Positions 60,681-64,000 of a DNA stretch of 64,000 nucleotides are shown in pieces. The translations under genes were made by a program, and so were the position numbers. This DNA comes from Candidatus Zhuqueibacterota bacterium. Lineage in GTDB: Bacteria > Zhuqueibacterota > Zhuqueibacteria > Thermofontimicrobiales > Thermofontimicrobiaceae. The stretch's first letter is position 1; the number at the start of each line of letters is the position of its first letter. The notes beneath the pieces were generated by a model, which had not been told where the DNA came from, did not search any database, and saw only the letters and a list, made by a program, of their open reading frames with translations. The DNA is taken from positions 64,001 to 128,000 of the forward strand of contig JBMOPW010000026.1 in the NCBI GenBank assembly GCA_049322915.1, read 5' to 3'.

Positions 60681-60707
60681 TTAATTTAACTGAACCTGTG
60701 CCGATAA
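60681..60707 (+). promoter_or_regulatory. Sigma28 (FliA)-like promoter
   Basis: TTAA-N15-GCCGATAA. Confidence 0.5.
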
Positions 60708-60749
60708 ATTAGAAAAGACGAATACCTGAAAAGCCATACAAGGAGTTGT

Positions 60750-61277
60750 TTGATGAAAGCAAAAGCGGAAGAGTTGGTGAATTCGTTACGAATATTTATC
60801 CAGGAATTGGAAGTACGACAACACTCCGGATCTGTTCAGAAAAAAAAGCAGTTGGAGATCATTCAACAGGCCATGCATATTTTTCAGCGGGATGCGATTT
60901 CGATTCCGGATGAGATGATTATGTTGGAAAGCCGGCTGAAGACTGAGCTGGAACAGGAGAGCAGCGTCGTCAGCGACGTGTATGACTATTTGAAACGTGA
61001 GATTCAGCAGCTATTTCATCTGGAAAAATTCTCGCCGGAGTTGGAAGGCTTTGCTGCCGAGGTACTGGTGGCTGAGAAAGAAACAGAGGAGGTAATACAG
61101 GAACATGGCAGTATCGTTGCGCCGGCGCCATGTCCGCAAGTGGTTCCGGAAGAAATACCGGAGCCGCAACCAAAGATTATCGTTCAGGAGCCACCCGCGC
61201 CGAAGGTCAAAAAAGTGATCATAAAAGATGATAGCCAGGTTACATTGCGCCCGTCGTTTCGGTATCGCCAGCGTTAA
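60750..61277 (+). CDS. Hypothetical protein (helical N-terminus, Pro/Glu-rich tail)
   Basis: AAGGAG RBS; 175-aa ORF. Confidence 0.75.
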   Translation: MMKAKAEELVNSLRIFIQELEVRQHSGSVQKKKQLEIIQQAMHIFQRDAISIPDEMIMLESRLKTELEQESSVVSDVYDYLKREIQQLFHLEKFSPELEGFAAEVLVAEKETEEVIQEHGSIVAPAPCPQVVPEEIPEPQPKIIVQEPPAPKVKKVIIKDDSQVTLRPSFRYRQR

Positions 61278-61532
61278 CCGATGCGACCTGAGCAGGGGGA
61301 GCGACGCTGCCATTTTTAATCGTCATCTCCATTCCGGTTGTGCCGCACGTGATTTTCACTCGCCAGGGATTGAACAAATTTCTATTGAAATTCGACCAAA
61401 TATTCGTTATATTTCCAGCGATGATATTTCATTGATAAACAGCAGAATAAAGTTTTTCGACAATACTCGCCGACGCAGTCAATGGATGGATGGCGTCGGT
61501 GCGCTACCCTTTTCATTTTTTATGGAGTCATT

Positions 61533-62798
61533 ATGTACCAACGTGTTCGATACGATTTAAAACAGGAACTGATTAAAATAAAAGAAGCCGGACTGTTCAA
61601 AGAAGAGCGGATCATTCTCTCGGATCAGAAACCGGGAATCAGCGTGTCCTATCCTGCTGGCTCGGAGCCCAAAGAGGTGCTCAACTTTTGCTCCAACAAC
61701 TATCTGGGCCTGGCCAATTATCCCAAGCTCATTGAGGCAGCGCATGCGGCGCTGGATAAATATGGTCTCGGCCTGGCTTCCGTGCGGTTCATTTGCGGCA
61801 CGCAGAATCTTCATACTGAACTGGAAAAGAAAATTTCTGATTTTTATGAGACCGACGATACGATACTCTACTCCTCATGTTTTGACGCCAATGGCGGATT
61901 GTTCGAGAGTTTGCTGGGCGCCGAAGATGCCATTATCACCGATGCGCTGAACCATGCCAGCATCATCGATGGCATTCGGCTGTGCAAGGCCAAGCGGTTC
62001 ATTTACGAGCATGGCAATATGGAATCGCTGGAGAAAGTCTTGCAGCGAGCGAGAACCGGCATGGACATCTGGGATGGGCCCGGTCTGGCGCGCGAACCGG
62101 TGCCGGCGCGGAATATCATTGTTGCCACGGATGGCGTCTTTTCCATGGACGGCGATATTGCCAAATTGCGGGAGATTGTGGAACTGGGAAAAGAGTACGA
62201 CGCCATCGTGATGGTGGACGATTCCCACGCCACCGGCTTTTTCGGGAAGACCGGCCGGGGCGCCATTGAACACTGCGGCGTCATCGGCGAGGTGGATATC
62301 ATCACGTCCACATTGGGCAAGGCAATGGGCGGCGCTTCCGGCGGATTCACCACCGGGAGGAAGGAGATCATTGAAATACTCAGACAAAAATCGCGACCCT
62401 ATTTATTCTCCAATACCCTGGCCCCGGTGATCGCGGCCACGGCGATTGCAGCATTCGATTTGCTCTCCCAGAGCGACGACCTGCGGGTGAAGCTGATGGA
62501 AAACACGGCCCATTTCAGGGCCAAAATGACCGCGCTGGGTTTTGATATCATCGAGGGGATTCATCCCATCGTGCCGGTCATGTTTCGCCATTTCGAGAAC
62601 GACGCGCATCTGGCGCAGACAATGGCCAGAGACCTGTATGCGGAGGGAATCTACGTCATCGGATTCTTCTTCCCTGTCGTGCCCAAAGGCCAATCGAGAA
62701 TTCGCGTGCAAATCTCCGCGGCGCATACAAAGGACCAGATCGACCAGGCAATTGCTGCATTCGAAAAAGTGGGCAGGAAACACAAGGTCATTTCATGA
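61533..62798 (+). CDS. kbl: Glycine C-acetyltransferase (2-amino-3-ketobutyrate CoA ligase)
   Basis: NNYLGL, SVRFICGTQ, SCFDANGG, DDSHATG, TLGKA, RPYLFSN, RIRVQ. Confidence 0.93.
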   Translation: MYQRVRYDLKQELIKIKEAGLFKEERIILSDQKPGISVSYPAGSEPKEVLNFCSNNYLGLANYPKLIEAAHAALDKYGLGLASVRFICGTQNLHTELEKKISDFYETDDTILYSSCFDANGGLFESLLGAEDAIITDALNHASIIDGIRLCKAKRFIYEHGNMESLEKVLQRARTGMDIWDGPGLAREPVPARNIIVATDGVFSMDGDIAKLREIVELGKEYDAIVMVDDSHATGFFGKTGRGAIEHCGVIGEVDIITSTLGKAMGGASGGFTTGRKEIIEILRQKSRPYLFSNTLAPVIAATAIAAFDLLSQSDDLRVKLMENTAHFRAKMTALGFDIIEGIHPIVPVMFRHFENDAHLAQTMARDLYAEGIYVIGFFFPVVPKGQSRIRVQISAAHTKDQIDQAIAAFEKVGRKHKVIS

Positions 62799-62859
62799 CA
62801 ACGCCGGGAAAATTTCCGCAGCCGTATTGAAAATGATCGCCGGTTTTGAAAGGATAACC

Positions 62860-63945
62860 ATGAGGAGGAGTCGCTACTCCGGAATTCTCATTTGCGTAGC
62901 GCTGTGCTGGATGATGGATAGCCTTTTTGCCCAGTCACTGTTTCGGAATGAAATTTATGGTGTCATCTCCGATTCAGAGACCGGACTGCCGCTGTTCAAT
63001 GTGAACGTATTTCTCGCCAGCACCACGCGCGGTGATGCGACCGATGCGGAGGGCTATTATCGGATTGAAAACATCCCGCCCGGCTCGTATCAACTCATTG
63101 TCTCCATGATTGGGTATGAACTGGTGAAATTGCCGGTGCAGTTCATCGCCAATCAATCGGTTCGGAAGGACGTGCAGCTCGTTCCCAAAATACTCAGCGG
63201 GGATGCGGTGCTCGTCGAAGCAGAAGGGCCGAAGAAGTGGAAAAAGCAACTGGAACGATTCACAGAATATTTTATTGGCGCCACGGAAAACGCCCGGTCG
63301 TGCACCATCGTCAATCCCCATGTCCTGCAGTTTGAAGAAAACCCGGAAGGCGATGAATTCCTGGCGCGAACCGATAGCGTCCTCGTCATCGATAACGAGG
63401 CGCTGGGCTATCGGGTGCGAATCAATCTGGAGCAATTCAGGCTTCATCAGGACAGCCTCTATTATACCATTTATCCCTTTTACACCGAATTGACAGCTCA
63501 GGATGAGAAGCAACAGCATCGCTGGTTGAAGCGGCGGCGAACCACTTATGAGGGTTCATTCCGACATTTTCTTTCGTCATTGGCGCGGGGGAAGGTCGAG
63601 CAGGAATACTTCGAATTGCAGCGCCAGAATGAAGGGACGGTGACCGCCGGTAAATTGGACATCGTACACAGCGACACCTCGGCGGCGTTCAAATACCTCA
63701 TGTACGACGGCTACCTGAAAGTCCTGTACAAAGGATTGTCTCGCAGCGGTCAGGGCGCATACGTCAGCGAAAGTCAAAGCTCATTTCCAACCTCGTACAT
63801 TAAATTGAATTTTGGCTATGCCTTGATCGATACCTTTGGCAACGAATGGACAAAAATGGGCATCACGCGCCTCGGCTATTGGACGCGCGAACGAATTGCC
63901 GATATGCTGCCGTTCGATTATTACCCGACATCTCCAACGAAGTGA
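62860..63945 (+). CDS. Exported protein with carboxypeptidase-regulatory-like domain
   Basis: Signal peptide; G.I.D.ETG.PL..VNV, SMIGY; C-terminal IADMLPFDY. Confidence 0.85.
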   Translation: MRRSRYSGILICVALCWMMDSLFAQSLFRNEIYGVISDSETGLPLFNVNVFLASTTRGDATDAEGYYRIENIPPGSYQLIVSMIGYELVKLPVQFIANQSVRKDVQLVPKILSGDAVLVEAEGPKKWKKQLERFTEYFIGATENARSCTIVNPHVLQFEENPEGDEFLARTDSVLVIDNEALGYRVRINLEQFRLHQDSLYYTIYPFYTELTAQDEKQQHRWLKRRRTTYEGSFRHFLSSLARGKVEQEYFELQRQNEGTVTAGKLDIVHSDTSAAFKYLMYDGYLKVLYKGLSRSGQGAYVSESQSSFPTSYIKLNFGYALIDTFGNEWTKMGITRLGYWTRERIADMLPFDYYPTSPTK

Positions 63946-64000
63946 ACGGTCGTTCGTTTCAGAGCCAACGCATTTCAATCAGACGCCCGGCCTGTATGAG

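Noticed and set aside
61533..62798. Serine palmitoyltransferase supplying sphingolipid acceptors
   Set aside because: Carries Kbl-specific motifs (SVRFICGTQ, SCFDANGG, RPYLFSN).
62542..62859. N-terminal extension of the last ORF
   Set aside because: Overlaps kbl in another frame; the RBS and signal peptide point to 62860.
1..64000. CRISPR array, cas genes, prophage, integrase, reverse transcriptase
   Set aside because: No repeat-spacer arrays or such proteins seen; the repeats are dispersed or short tandem.

Overview
Chromosomal window from a diderm bacterium. Secreted proteins with C-terminal FlgD/T9SS-A-like tails suggest an FCB-related lineage such as KSB1 or Calditrichota (inference). 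It holds about 45 CDS, a tmRNA gene and three families of dispersed non-coding repeats. I found no CRISPR, prophage or intact transposase. The most notable feature is the first ~15 kb. It contains a nonulosonic-acid (KDN-type) pathway, a sialyltransferase-like GT-B protein, a flippase-like protein, a glycosyltransferase, a PlsC+GNAT aminolipid-type pair, a phosphodiesterase and alkaline phosphatase. Its transcription units are preceded by six arrays of TGTAAC/TGTCAT-like hexamers at exact 11-bp period, and five of these lie exactly 10 bp upstream of a -10-like hexamer, which is the Pho-box geometry. This suggests a phosphate-starvation system that makes a phosphorus-free, nonulosonate-bearing anionic lipid or glycan. 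Other notable items are an unassigned ~165-nt structured RNA candidate (31693-31861, minus strand), a 161-bp IS1380-like MITE pair, a PqqD/Hcy-methyltransferase/corrinoid-activase operon, and an envelope cluster with four paralogous GT2s and two radical SAM enzymes. All calls are from reading the sequence by eye; no database searches were run.
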